Positions 25,501 to 32,450 of a stretch of 32,450 bases of DNA are shown here, in pieces. Numbering within the stretch: the first letter of the stretch is position 1; each line of letters begins with the position of its first letter. The notes under the pieces were generated by a model. The model was not told the origin of the DNA, did not search any database, and was given only the letters and a program-made list of their open reading frames with translations. Both the position numbers and the translations under genes were made by a program. Source of the stretch: an uncultured Methylophilaceae bacterium (GTDB lineage Bacteria > Pseudomonadota > Gammaproteobacteria > Burkholderiales > Methylophilaceae); the NCBI GenBank assembly GCA_964494575.1, contig CAZBSR010000001.1, positions 1 to 32,450 of the forward strand. Direction: 5' to 3'.

Positions 25501-28037
25501 CTTGAGACAATAAACGGTGCATCGACAAGCGGATCTAAAATGACCGTACTACCAATGGCAAGAGATGTTATTTGCGCAGTGTTTTTAGTGGTTGAATTAA
25601 CCTGAACGGTGCCTACTGCCTTTGTTCCGCCGAATGCTGGGATGGTGATACCGTTGGTCAATTTCCCCGCATAATATTTCCCCATTTTCATCAGGGAAGA
25701 GCGTAATGGCGTGCTACCGGATGTGGTGGCCCCTGTAAGATTACTCCACCATGTTGTACGCTGGTTCGCAACCTCACCACCGCTATCAACAAATTGGGCA
25801 ACCTCTACATCGATTTTCTTGGGCTGCGAATAGTGACTCAGCAGGTCGAATCCAACGCGATATTTACTATCCAACTTGTTGAATGCAAGTGTACTGGTAG
25901 TTTTCATGAGCGAGAGTCTGGTGCGATAGTAACTGAACCAGTTGGCAAAATTTTGCAGCTCTTCTGCATATGTGCAAGCATTGGGAGGATAGGTGATCGT
26001 AGCAGCAGCGATTGCCGCAGTTTTTGCAGTTTCTGCAGCAGCTTCGCCAAAACCTCCGTCAATCTTGGCCTTATAAGCGGCCTTCCCTGCATCGGTCACC
26101 GCATTCATGTTAGCTACGCAGTCCTCGCGCCCGCTGGCTTTCGGGTAAAGACCGGTCGAAGGAAGGATATCCACGCGCTGGAAGTTACCGACACCCGCAC
26201 GGCCCGCTCCGACAGGATCAACCCCTCCGGCCATGACTGGATTACTAGGTGAAGTGATAATCACGCCGGCTGTAGCAGTCCCGGCAGCCATATTCCCACT
26301 GACAGTGTAACCAGGTGAGCTATCGAGAGTGGCAGAAAGCGTGCAGCTTGGCCCGCCTATCGGGCCGGTAATTGTACATATAGACTTTGAAGGGGAGCCG
26401 CTCGCGTTTGGACAGTCGATTGTATAACCATTAGTACCCATGTCCTCAAGACCGCTACCTGTATTGCCTACAACTTTATCAATATTCGCCGGGCTGCTAC
26501 CTGAGCTAGGTGTTCCACTGATTAAGCTGGTACCCCCGCATGACAAGCCGTTGATTTTTTTGTTTGTGCCAACCGTGCCAGAGGCTGTCACAGTCACGCT
26601 TCCTGTTGAAGCTGTACCTGTAACCGAAGCGGGGCCACTCACTACAACTGCATAACCATTGGGCGCTGTATAAGAGGCATGAGCTGGCGGTATATTAGCC
26701 TTGATTATCAAAGTGCTGCCTGAAGGGCTGCTACAACTATAACCCGAGGTACCTGAATTAGCCTGAATTGCGCTGCATATGGCTGAAGCGATGTTGGATG
26801 TCGATGTCAACCCACCACTTCCCGCAGTAAAGGTTGTTGAGCCAATGACATTGGTCCCATTTACTGTGAGGCCCGTGATACTTTTCCCTGCAATATAGCT
26901 ACTGATAGTTAGGCTGGCTGATGCTTGTACCGCTGGTACGGCACTCGCGTAAATGCCACCTAGATAGTCAGGAATTGTATGGGTAGCATTGCGTAAGTCC
27001 TGACAATCAGTATAAGTTTTGCTGCTAGTGCTATAAGCTTTACACCAGCGGTAAAGTGCTGGAACAGTATAGGCGCCACCAAGGTTAGCCTGACAGTTTA
27101 CATAGGTTGAATCGGTGCAATATTGCATTGGATTCATGACATAGTAATAAGGAGCTCCATCATAAGATTTCACAATATTGAATCTTGTTCCAGAGCCTGG
27201 CTCTGGATATAGCTCTGCACTATTGGTCGTGTTGGTAGTTTCCTTACAGGTTGCATTACCGCGTAGATTCTGCTCATCCAATCCACTGCTAGTATTGCAA
27301 TACACCTGGTGAGGATAGGCCCCTGTTTTAAAAGTGACCGAAGATGTTCCACTGGATGTCGCTGTAGCGCTTAACCTAAGTTTGGTGGCTGAGAGGATTT
27401 CAGTGACATAAGTATTGGCAGGAATCCCAGTGCCCGAAGCAAAGGTCCCTAGTAAACCTTCGGATCTGCTTACTGTAATAGTGTCTGAATTGTTGACTCT
27501 TGTACCATTAATAGTTGCTACAGTTGTTGCTGTCTGAAAATTTCTTGTTGCTCCACTTCCTTTTATACCATCTAAATACGCTCCCGTAGGCAAACTGTCC
27601 GGATAACGACTTCCATCGGCTTTATAAGGGGGTTGATAAGAAGTGGCTGGATTGTAATAAAGAAAATTTATGGCGGATGTTAATAATGGTACTTGAACTG
27701 CTGTAGTTGTCATTTGAGTGCTACTGAAAACTGTATTGGCACTATTATCGGCAGCGCTTTTACAAGTAGTCCTGCTATTGCTGTCATTTACTCCATCCCA
27801 GCATATCGATGAACCGGTTCCAGAGCTACCCCTTGCAACATAATCCGGAAGATAATCCCAATCCATACTGCCGGAATTGTCCAATACATACATGATATTG
27901 GGCCGCACCACAGAAGCAGTAGCATTGGCCAATGGCGACGTAGCGAGTGTGACTGTAGCAGCCTCTGCAGCCTGCATTAGACTCATCAGGTTGAACGCAA
28001 TCAGGGCGGCCAATAATCGAAAGCTGGTATTTCTCAT
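22557..28037 (-). CDS. pilY1: oversized PilY1/PilC-family type IV pilus tip adhesin (vWA-like N-terminal part with large insertions, C-terminal beta-propeller)
   Basis: 1826 aa. Signal peptide ...MQAAEA. MIDAS-like DNSGS (aa 53-57). Later vWA landmarks are YRVGF (726-730), GSTPL (774-778), LLVTDG (952-957) and VLFTMGLG (1061-1068). PilY1 propeller motifs are GGLGGGGKSYYALDVTDP, YAGDMDGDLWRFDL and GWYFDF. It sits directly after pilX in a minor-pilin operon. Confidence 0.85.
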   Translation of the reverse strand: MRNTSFRLLAALIAFNLMSLMQAAEAATVTLATSPLANATASVVRPNIMYVLDNSGSMDWDYLPDYVARGSSGTGSSICWDGVNDSNSRTTCKSAADNSANTVFSSTQMTTTAVQVPLLTSAINFLYYNPATSYQPPYKADGSRYPDSLPTGAYLDGIKGSGATRNFQTATTVATINGTRVNNSDTITVSRSEGLLGTFASGTGIPANTYVTEILSATKLRLSATATSSGTSSVTFKTGAYPHQVYCNTSSGLDEQNLRGNATCKETTNTTNSAELYPEPGSGTRFNIVKSYDGAPYYYVMNPMQYCTDSTYVNCQANLGGAYTVPALYRWCKAYSTSSKTYTDCQDLRNATHTIPDYLGGIYASAVPAVQASASLTISSYIAGKSITGLTVNGTNVIGSTTFTAGSGGLTSTSNIASAICSAIQANSGTSGYSCSSPSGSTLIIKANIPPAHASYTAPNGYAVVVSGPASVTGTASTGSVTVTASGTVGTNKKINGLSCGGTSLISGTPSSGSSPANIDKVVGNTGSGLEDMGTNGYTIDCPNASGSPSKSICTITGPIGGPSCTLSATLDSSPGYTVSGNMAAGTATAGVIITSPSNPVMAGGVDPVGAGRAGVGNFQRVDILPSTGLYPKASGREDCVANMNAVTDAGKAAYKAKIDGGFGEAAAETAKTAAIAAATITYPPNACTYAEELQNFANWFSYYRTRLSLMKTTSTLAFNKLDSKYRVGFDLLSHYSQPKKIDVEVAQFVDSGGEVANQRTTWWSNLTGATTSGSTPLRSSLMKMGKYYAGKLTNGITIPAFGGTKAVGTVQVNSTTKNTAQITSLAIGSTVILDPLVDAPFIVSSCTGSGNPKSCSTANLTSVATALVNAIKSASGYAASNYIATSSGSKVIFTAKTVGDGPNGEDIQVSTAVSNINLALIDVGGGKNATPLIPPAVIEPLQYSCQQNFTLLVTDGYWNSDQYDDLTQLDGTTLIGDQDNVNSDLTARPAYDGAVDATAPCSDSSFSTCGTLADIAMYYYKTDLRDSSQGNTVSGATGLDVSTNNVFKSSTDSNQKQHMVLFTMGLGAPGTLRYTGDYATATSGDFRNIVNGPANWPAVKANDPTTIDDLWHAAVNGRGKYFSARDPDSVVKGLGDALASIDVREGAAAAAATSNLQPVAGDNFAYVASYTTNEWSGDLQARIINTTSGKVSDPANIAPNDCVSDSGCPWSAKKKLDALDWNTRKIYLASSNGAPLRAFTYSNLTATEQTYFNPGAGIGAYGTGPLSQYGSVSATHPSEITASKMVDFLRGDRCLEEGNTCTSPAIEIWRGRAHVMGDVVNTQPTFVKAPSATYQDTGYGAFLTANTSREGVVYVSGNDGMLHAIAAGDFADGTVTGGTELWSFIPTATLPYLRYLADTDYVHRYFVDGQITVADVNFGGGVGDWHTILVGGLGGGGKSYYALDVTDPLNPKYLWEFTHSNLGYTYGNITINKLPNGEWAVLFSSGYNNADGKGYLYAVNPQTGALRSGYPISNGSGTASSPSNLGKVAAWVDNLEANNTATQVYAGDMDGDLWRFDLAGQTAFKLAHLADGSNNPQPITTRPEMTLNNGLRIIYIGTGRYLGDSDPPDTSVQSFYAFADTLGVANLGGSTQVTWNPRTDNNSGTPVFLLRKLIALKDDGSQITRVNSFGNTVEARQICTGAGSVVSSSTGKCINETGGLMDWANSGGWYFDFPDTGERVNVDMNLTLGTLTIPSNIPASSACTSGGSAWVNYIDFKTGLEIDSALIVSEKIANALIVGLNVIKVGDKLVAIVTTSDFKHDATEPPGAPGKFKGKRDLWRELDLY
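23773..23780 (-). repeat. G8 homopolymer inside the pilY1 coding sequence
   Basis: The plus strand reads caCCCCCCCCaaaa. The minus strand encodes F-G-G-G-V (TTT GGG GGG GGT GTC), aa 1419-1423 of PilY1. Confidence 0.9.
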
Positions 28038-28074
28038 GTCAATTACTCCATTAAATATTCGAGTGGCCTTGCCG

Positions 28075-28644
28075 CTAGTACATAAAAACTTGTACGTAAC
28101 TTACGTTTCGCTTTGGCCCGCTCACCTTAACTGTGATGCGGTAATAAACCTTGCCTACAGCACTGGTAATGCTGCCGGGTCCACTCCCGCCAACATGCGA
28201 GCCTCCATCTTCAACCCCAGAAGATGAGGCTACGGCGGGGTAGGTGCAGCCAGTATTGATCTCGGAGCAGAGGCCATTGTGCATGGCCATACGGTGAATT
28301 ACATATATAGCTTTGTAGCCTGCGATGGCTCCGCTAACGTCGCGGCTGTTATTGTCCCAGTCATGGGTTGCCGGATTAAAAGCTGTGCCGGTGTTGGCGT
28401 AATAGCCTGTAACAGGGTCAGATAAAGTTGATGCACTGGACAGCCAGCTACGCGCATTCTCAGCCGCAACATCAGCTACTCTGATCGCAGCCTGGCGAAA
28501 AGCGATATTGCCTGCGGCGGAGGTTCCTGCCTCCATTACCCGCATCATGGCAATACCGGAAATGGTGATAATGACCAGCGTCACCAGCGTCATGAACAGG
28601 GCGAATCCCTGCTGAAGCGGCTCACTCCTGTTTATTGCGACCAT
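28075..28644 (-). CDS. pilX: type IV pilus minor pilin PilX (PilX N-terminal domain)
   Basis: QQGFALFMTLVTLVIITISGIAMMRVMEAGTSAAGNIAFRQAAIRVADVAAENA matches the PilX_N pattern. The start overlaps the pilW end by 13 nt. Confidence 0.7.
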   Translation of the reverse strand: MVAINRSEPLQQGFALFMTLVTLVIITISGIAMMRVMEAGTSAAGNIAFRQAAIRVADVAAENARSWLSSASTLSDPVTGYYANTGTAFNPATHDWDNNSRDVSGAIAGYKAIYVIHRMAMHNGLCSEINTGCTYPAVASSSGVEDGGSHVGGSGPGSITSAVGKVYYRITVKVSGPKRNVSYVQVFMY

Positions 28645-29705
28645 ATGACATTCCTTATGGGTACAACTGTGTAATAGGATTTGTAGCGGTAATGCCTGGC
28701 CTCTCCGGCCGGTACGGTGTATGTCACTGCTGCGCCATTAGTGATCGCCGGCAAAACGTCAAGCGAATGGTTTTGCAGATCCACCTCCTCTTTTTCCAGA
28801 AGAGGGCTGCGTGCGATGATGCCCACGCGTACTGCAATTACAGTTTTATAATCCGTAACAGCAGTGGTATTCCACACATCAACAGCGCCATCCTTATTGG
28901 TATCCTTACCGTATTGCGCTTTCATTAACACGATGCCATCGGCTGCTATATCGTTAGCATTGCCTGGGAACTGCGCCATTTGCAGGGAGTTGCTAGCCAC
29001 GGAATAATTTTTACTAATGTAGTTGCCGACATTCGCCAGCATGGTATTGATTCCGGCGGGTTTCCAGCCGGCCGAGCTGGGCGCGGCACCTGAAGGGTTG
29101 TAGTCAGACAGACCTGCGGTTGAGGAGTCATGCTCCAGTGTGTACTTGTTGGGGTCAGCCGCGCTGTCATCGTTAACTTTTGTAACCCGACTCATAGTGC
29201 AGGCGTGAACTCCACCTGTGACTACGTCAGCCACGACCATATCCCCCACTTCAAAACCTGCGGTGCTCGCTAATTTAAAGCTACCGGTATGGGCGGTTTG
29301 AGCTTCAGTAATAATCGCTCCAGGTGAACCGGAATCCGATTTTGCATATTGAATCTGCACACTATCCGAAATAGCCGCTGTGGCACCGGGAGTGATAATG
29401 ACAGGGGCAGTGGTAAGCGCAGTCTGGAGGCCGCAAACGACACAGCCAGTAGCAGGGTTCCAATACCATTGGATATTGGGGCAGCTACTGAGCGCCATAA
29501 GCCCATAGCCGGCCTGGGTAAGATCCCGCTCCATCAGAAAGAGCGCCATGGTGCCATTGCTTTGGGCTTCAAGAGTTTGAACCGTAGTGTTGCGCTGCTT
29601 GCTAAAGCTGATAAACACCTGTGTAACGGCAAGCAAGCCAAGCAGGCCGATGGTTAATCCAACCATCATTTCAATGATATTGAAGCCTTGTTGGCGGTTC
29701 ATCAT
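28632..29705 (-). CDS. pilW: type IV pilus minor pilin PilW
   Basis: Prepilin motif RQQG/FNIIEMMVGLTIGLLGLLAV with Glu+5. 357 aa. ATGA overlap with the pilV stop. Confidence 0.8.
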   Translation of the reverse strand: MMNRQQGFNIIEMMVGLTIGLLGLLAVTQVFISFSKQRNTTVQTLEAQSNGTMALFLMERDLTQAGYGLMALSSCPNIQWYWNPATGCVVCGLQTALTTAPVIITPGATAAISDSVQIQYAKSDSGSPGAIITEAQTAHTGSFKLASTAGFEVGDMVVADVVTGGVHACTMSRVTKVNDDSAADPNKYTLEHDSSTAGLSDYNPSGAAPSSAGWKPAGINTMLANVGNYISKNYSVASNSLQMAQFPGNANDIAADGIVLMKAQYGKDTNKDGAVDVWNTTAVTDYKTVIAVRVGIIARSPLLEKEEVDLQNHSLDVLPAITNGAAVTYTVPAGEARHYRYKSYYTVVPIRNVIWSQ

Positions 29706-30100
29706 GTGTTTTTTGCGACCTGTGTGGAAGTAACATATTGGTGTTTAACACTTGGATCTTCCTTATTCACCCAGGTGATCACAATATCAACCTTGGTACC
29801 GGTAACAGTCACAGTTGCTTCACCCCCTGGAAGAACATCTTTGACCCGATCTTCCCAGTCGTCGGTATCAAAAGCCGATGGAGTCGACGCACTTATCCAC
29901 ATCTCCCCTACCAACTCACTGGCCAGATAGCTGGCATCGTTACGGTATTTAGACTGGCTCACTTGGTTGATAGCCTGGGCTGCCATACCAACCAAGGCGA
30001 TCAGGCCCATGGCAAAGATCACGACACTGATCAGCGCCTCAAGCATGAAGGATCCGGATTGAGCTTTACTGGAAGGGAAGGATGTCATTTTCGGTCTCAT
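29702..30100 (-). CDS. pilV: type IV pilus minor pilin PilV
   Basis: Prepilin motif AQSG/SFMLEALISVVIFAMGLIAL with Glu+5. The track start 30187 would overlap fimT by 85 nt. ATG 30100 (2 nt after the fimT stop) or ATG 30088 is far more plausible. Confidence 0.8.
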   Translation of the reverse strand: MRPKMTSFPSSKAQSGSFMLEALISVVIFAMGLIALVGMAAQAINQVSQSKYRNDASYLASELVGEMWISASTPSAFDTDDWEDRVKDVLPGGEATVTVTGTKVDIVITWVNKEDPSVKHQYVTSTQVAKNT

Positions 30101-30102
30101 TA

Positions 30103-30774
30103 TTAACAAGCCAGCGGCGCCCCGGCGGCCAAGGCCGGATCGCAGAATTTGATACCACCATTTGCCCCTGTAACCCTTACCTGCCATGTTTTCGCATCGG
30201 GGTTATCGGGCGTGACCGTAATTCTGGATATGGAAGCAGATGTAGGAGGGAAGTTGGTCAGCACCTGGCCCAAGGGGCCAAAGGTGATAACAGTAGCGGC
30301 AGTTGCAGTAGCAGTAACGGCAGAGACAGTAACGGCAGAGAAAGACCTGCTATCACTTTTAAAAGCTATGAATGGATCGTCATTACAAGCAGGGTTGCCC
30401 GCAGGGTGCGTAACTTTTGCCGGATTGCAGGGATCAGGATCATCCGCCGGGATAAAGGTAGCTGCGCCACATGCGCCGACGGGACTACGTGTTGCAGCGG
30501 CATTGTCGTCCTGATTAACGACCCATAAGACAGAGGCGCTGCTAAGAGCGCAAGTGTTATCCAATGAGGAAACCAATTGAAAACGCATAGGAACGTTGCG
30601 TTTGATAGCTTCGCCCCGGGCAAAACGCAGGCCGCTTAGTATCGATTCGGCCGCTGCCTTGGATTTAGTGCTGTCCAGGACGGTCTTGAATGCAGGCAGC
30701 CCCATCGCCATCAATATGCCGCCCACCGCTATCACGATGACGAGCTCAATCAGGCTAAAGCCATTCTCCCGCAT
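30103..30774 (-). CDS. GspH/FimT(FimU)-family minor pilin
   Basis: MRENG/FSLIELVIVIAVGGILMAMGLPAF...LRFARGEAIKRN is GspH-domain-like. At 223 aa it is longer than I expect for this family and it contains six Cys. Its start abuts the stop of the upstream pilin (TAAATG). Confidence 0.8.
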   Translation of the reverse strand: MRENGFSLIELVIVIAVGGILMAMGLPAFKTVLDSTKSKAAAESILSGLRFARGEAIKRNVPMRFQLVSSLDNTCALSSASVLWVVNQDDNAAATRSPVGACGAATFIPADDPDPCNPAKVTHPAGNPACNDDPFIAFKSDSRSFSAVTVSAVTATATAATVITFGPLGQVLTNFPPTSASISRITVTPDNPDAKTWQVRVTGANGGIKFCDPALAAGAPLAC

Positions 30775-31221
30775 TTAGCACGCCCCGCCTTTATTCCTGA
30801 TCCAGCAACTTCCGGAGTTGCCCCAATCTGTGCGCGGGGCACTGGTAGCGGTCGTTTTGGTACCTGCATCATCAACAGTAAACACGAAACCATTCGTTCC
30901 ACCACTTACAGTGCCAGTAGCAGTGAACACAAAATTCTGGCCGGTATTGGATGAAACGCAAGTGTAATCAAAATATTTGACCTTACCGCCTGCAATTAAT
31001 ACGTCAGGAATACTGCAATCGGGGTCGCCATAGGTTCGGTTATCCTGATAGTACTGCTCCATGCGTATGCGCAAAGACGACAACTCCGAGTAGGCTTCTG
31101 CCAGTTTTCCACGCGTTACATAATCCTGGTATGCAGGCAACGCCACGCTCGCCAGTATGCCGACGATAGCTACCGTTATCATCAGTTCGATCAGGGTAAA
31201 GCCTCTGGTTTGCTTTTTCAT
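30775..31221 (-). CDS. pilE: PilE-like type IVa (minor) pilin
   Basis: MKKQTRG/FTLIELMITVAIVGILASVALPAYQDYVTRGK...MEQYYQ, with a C-terminal Cys pair (SCWIRNKGGAC). It is the first gene of the operon, with an AAGGAT RBS. Confidence 0.8.
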   Translation of the reverse strand: MKKQTRGFTLIELMITVAIVGILASVALPAYQDYVTRGKLAEAYSELSSLRIRMEQYYQDNRTYGDPDCSIPDVLIAGGKVKYFDYTCVSSNTGQNFVFTATGTVSGGTNGFVFTVDDAGTKTTATSAPRTDWGNSGSCWIRNKGGAC

Positions 31222-31361
31222 GTGAATATCCTTTTTTGCGCAGGTTAATAATAAACATGGCTGAAACCACTAGTCCATCATCATCTGACGAATGGTTATT
31301 TTTCACTCATGAACGGATTATTGGTAATATTCATGGCAATTTATTATTACAGAGTACTCAC

Positions 31362-31475
31362 ATGCGCCCCATATTATTTTTGATCCTGATCAGCCTTGTG
31401 CTGGTCGCATGCGGCACTAAAGGGCCTCTCTATATTCCCGAACGACAATACCCGCAATCGCAAGAAAGTAAATGA
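31362..31475 (+). CDS. lptM: small lipoprotein LptM (YifL family)
   Basis: The last 37 aa of track ORF 31236..31475 read MRPILFLILISLVLVACGTKGPLYIPERQYPQSQESK. It has the lipobox LVAC and the family motif C-G-x-KGPLY-x-P. Its position just upstream of lysA is typical. Confidence 0.7.
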   Translation: MRPILFLILISLVLVACGTKGPLYIPERQYPQSQESK

Positions 31476-31484
31476 GCAAAGCCA

Positions 31485-32450
31485 GTGACCTTTTTTAATG
31501 TGAAAAATGGCGTGCTGCACGCCGAAGATGTTGCTTTATCGCATATCGCCGCCGAGTTCGGTACCCCTTGCTACGTTTATTCCAAATCAGCATTGGAGAC
31601 AGCGTTCCGACAATTTCAGGCCGGTTTTTCCGCTACAGACCATCTGGTCTGCTTTGCGGTTAAAGCCAACCCCAGCCTGGCTATCCTTAACCTGTTTGCC
31701 AAGTTGGGAGCAGGTTTTGATATTGTTTCGGGGGGCGAGTTGGCAAGGGTTCTGGCTGCTGGCGGCGATCCCGCAAAAATAGTTTTTTCCGGCGTAGGCA
31801 AAACAGAGGCCGAAATGCATGCGGCGCTCAACGCCGGTATTTTTTGCTTTAACGTGGAGTCGGCTGCTGAATTGGAGCGCTTGAATGCCATCGCCGGGAG
31901 CATGAAAAAAGTCGCGCCCATTTCTTTGCGCGTGAATCCAAATGTGGACGCGAAGACCCACCCCTATATCTCTACGGGCCTCAAAAACAATAAGTTCGGG
32001 GTGGCATATGAAGATGCATTCGCACTGTACCAGCGCGCTGCAGCTATGCCGAATATAGCCGTGCATGGGGTGGATTGTCATATAGGCTCGCAAATCACCG
32101 AACTTTCACCGTTCCTCGATGCAATGGATCGCGTACTGATGTTAGTCGACCGACTGTCAGAGGCGGGTATTGCCATACAGCATATTGATGCAGGCGGCGG
32201 CATCGGCATCTGCTATCACGATGAGACGCCTCCAGATTTCTCCGCATACGCAGATGCAATGCTCAGCAAGCTGGGTGGACGAAAGGTAAAACTGGTTTTT
32301 GAGCCAGGCCGTGCACTGGTGGGCAACGCCGGTATCTTGCTGACCCAGGTGGAATACCTCAAGCATGGCGAAAGCAAAAATTTTGCGATTGTCGATGCGG
32401 CCATGAATGACCTGATGCGCCCTGCACTTTACGATGCCTATCACGAAATT
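31485..32450 (+). CDS. lysA: diaminopimelate decarboxylase (3' end runs off the window)
   Basis: Absent from the ORF track because it is edge-truncated. Hand translation from GTG 31485 gives MTFFNVKNGVLHAEDVALSHIAAEFGTPCYVYS...VCFAVKANPSLAILNLFAKLGAGFDIVSGGEL...HGVDCHIGSQ...IDAGGGIGICY...EPGRALVGNAG. The track ORFs in this interval are off-frame or antisense. Confidence 0.9.
   Translation, partial: MTFFNVKNGVLHAEDVALSHIAAEFGTPCYVYSKSALETAFRQFQAGFSATDHLVCFAVKANPSLAILNLFAKLGAGFDIVSGGELARVLAAGGDPAKIVFSGVGKTEAEMHAALNAGIFCFNVESAAELERLNAIAGSMKKVAPISLRVNPNVDAKTHPYISTGLKNNKFGVAYEDAFALYQRAAAMPNIAVHGVDCHIGSQITELSPFLDAMDRVLMLVDRLSEAGIAIQHIDAGGGIGICYHDETPPDFSAYADAMLSKLGGRKVKLVFEPGRALVGNAGILLTQVEYLKHGESKNFAIVDAAMNDLMRPALYDAYHEI

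Noticed and set aside
30101-30187. Extended pilV start at 30187 from the track
   Set aside because: It would overlap the fimT-like gene by 85 nt and add a basic 29-aa leader before the prepilin motif. ATG 30100 or 30088 gives a normal short leader.
31236-31361. N-terminal 42 codons of track ORF 31236..31475
   Set aside because: Only the last 37 aa form a coherent product (the LptM lipoprotein with its signal peptide and lipobox). The upstream part lies in the divergent promoter region and has no coding features.
31507-32444. Track ORFs 31507..31782 (+), 31587..32093 (-), 31616..31921 (-), 32157..32444 (-), 32216..32404 (-)
   Set aside because: They are off-frame or antisense to lysA, whose hand-translated frame shows diaminopimelate decarboxylase motifs throughout.

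Overview
Compact (roughly 90% coding), mostly housekeeping chromosomal segment. Gene content looks betaproteobacterial (Nitrosomonadales/Methylophilaceae-like), but no similarity search was possible, so that is inference only. Left to right: (1) an edge-truncated ExeA/MshM-like AAA+ ATPase with a SPOR-like C-terminus, abutted by a sigma-54 response regulator (both minus strand); (2) a tRNA Pro-Arg-His operon (minus); (3) folD, dksA and a HIT protein; (4) a minus-strand block of ferredoxin, TonB-family protein, mpl, metH, VIT1-family transporter, yifB and ubiK; (5) a sigma-54/NtrC-type promoter driving TorF-like porin, glnK and amtB; (6) five overlapping genes, gshA-gshB-apbE-NusG_II-Gx transporter; (7) a minus-strand type IV pilus minor-pilin operon (pilE-like, fimT/gspH-like, pilV, pilW, pilX, pilY1) ending in a small TonB-like gene that overlaps the pilY1 stop; (8) lptM and an edge-truncated lysA. 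The ORF track omits the two edge-truncated genes (left ExeA-like, right lysA); I translated both by hand. No CRISPR array, transposase, integrase or recognisable defence genes are visible, and no intergenic gap exceeds about 250 bp. The accessory-looking part is the pilus operon. Its PilY1 is 1826 aa: the vWA landmarks are split by about 800 aa of Ser/Thr/Gly/Cys-rich insertions containing three copies of a roughly 100-aa module. The gene also carries a G8 homopolymer and is followed by the overlapping TonB-like ORF. All functional calls rest on motif recognition by eye and need HMM or BLAST confirmation.
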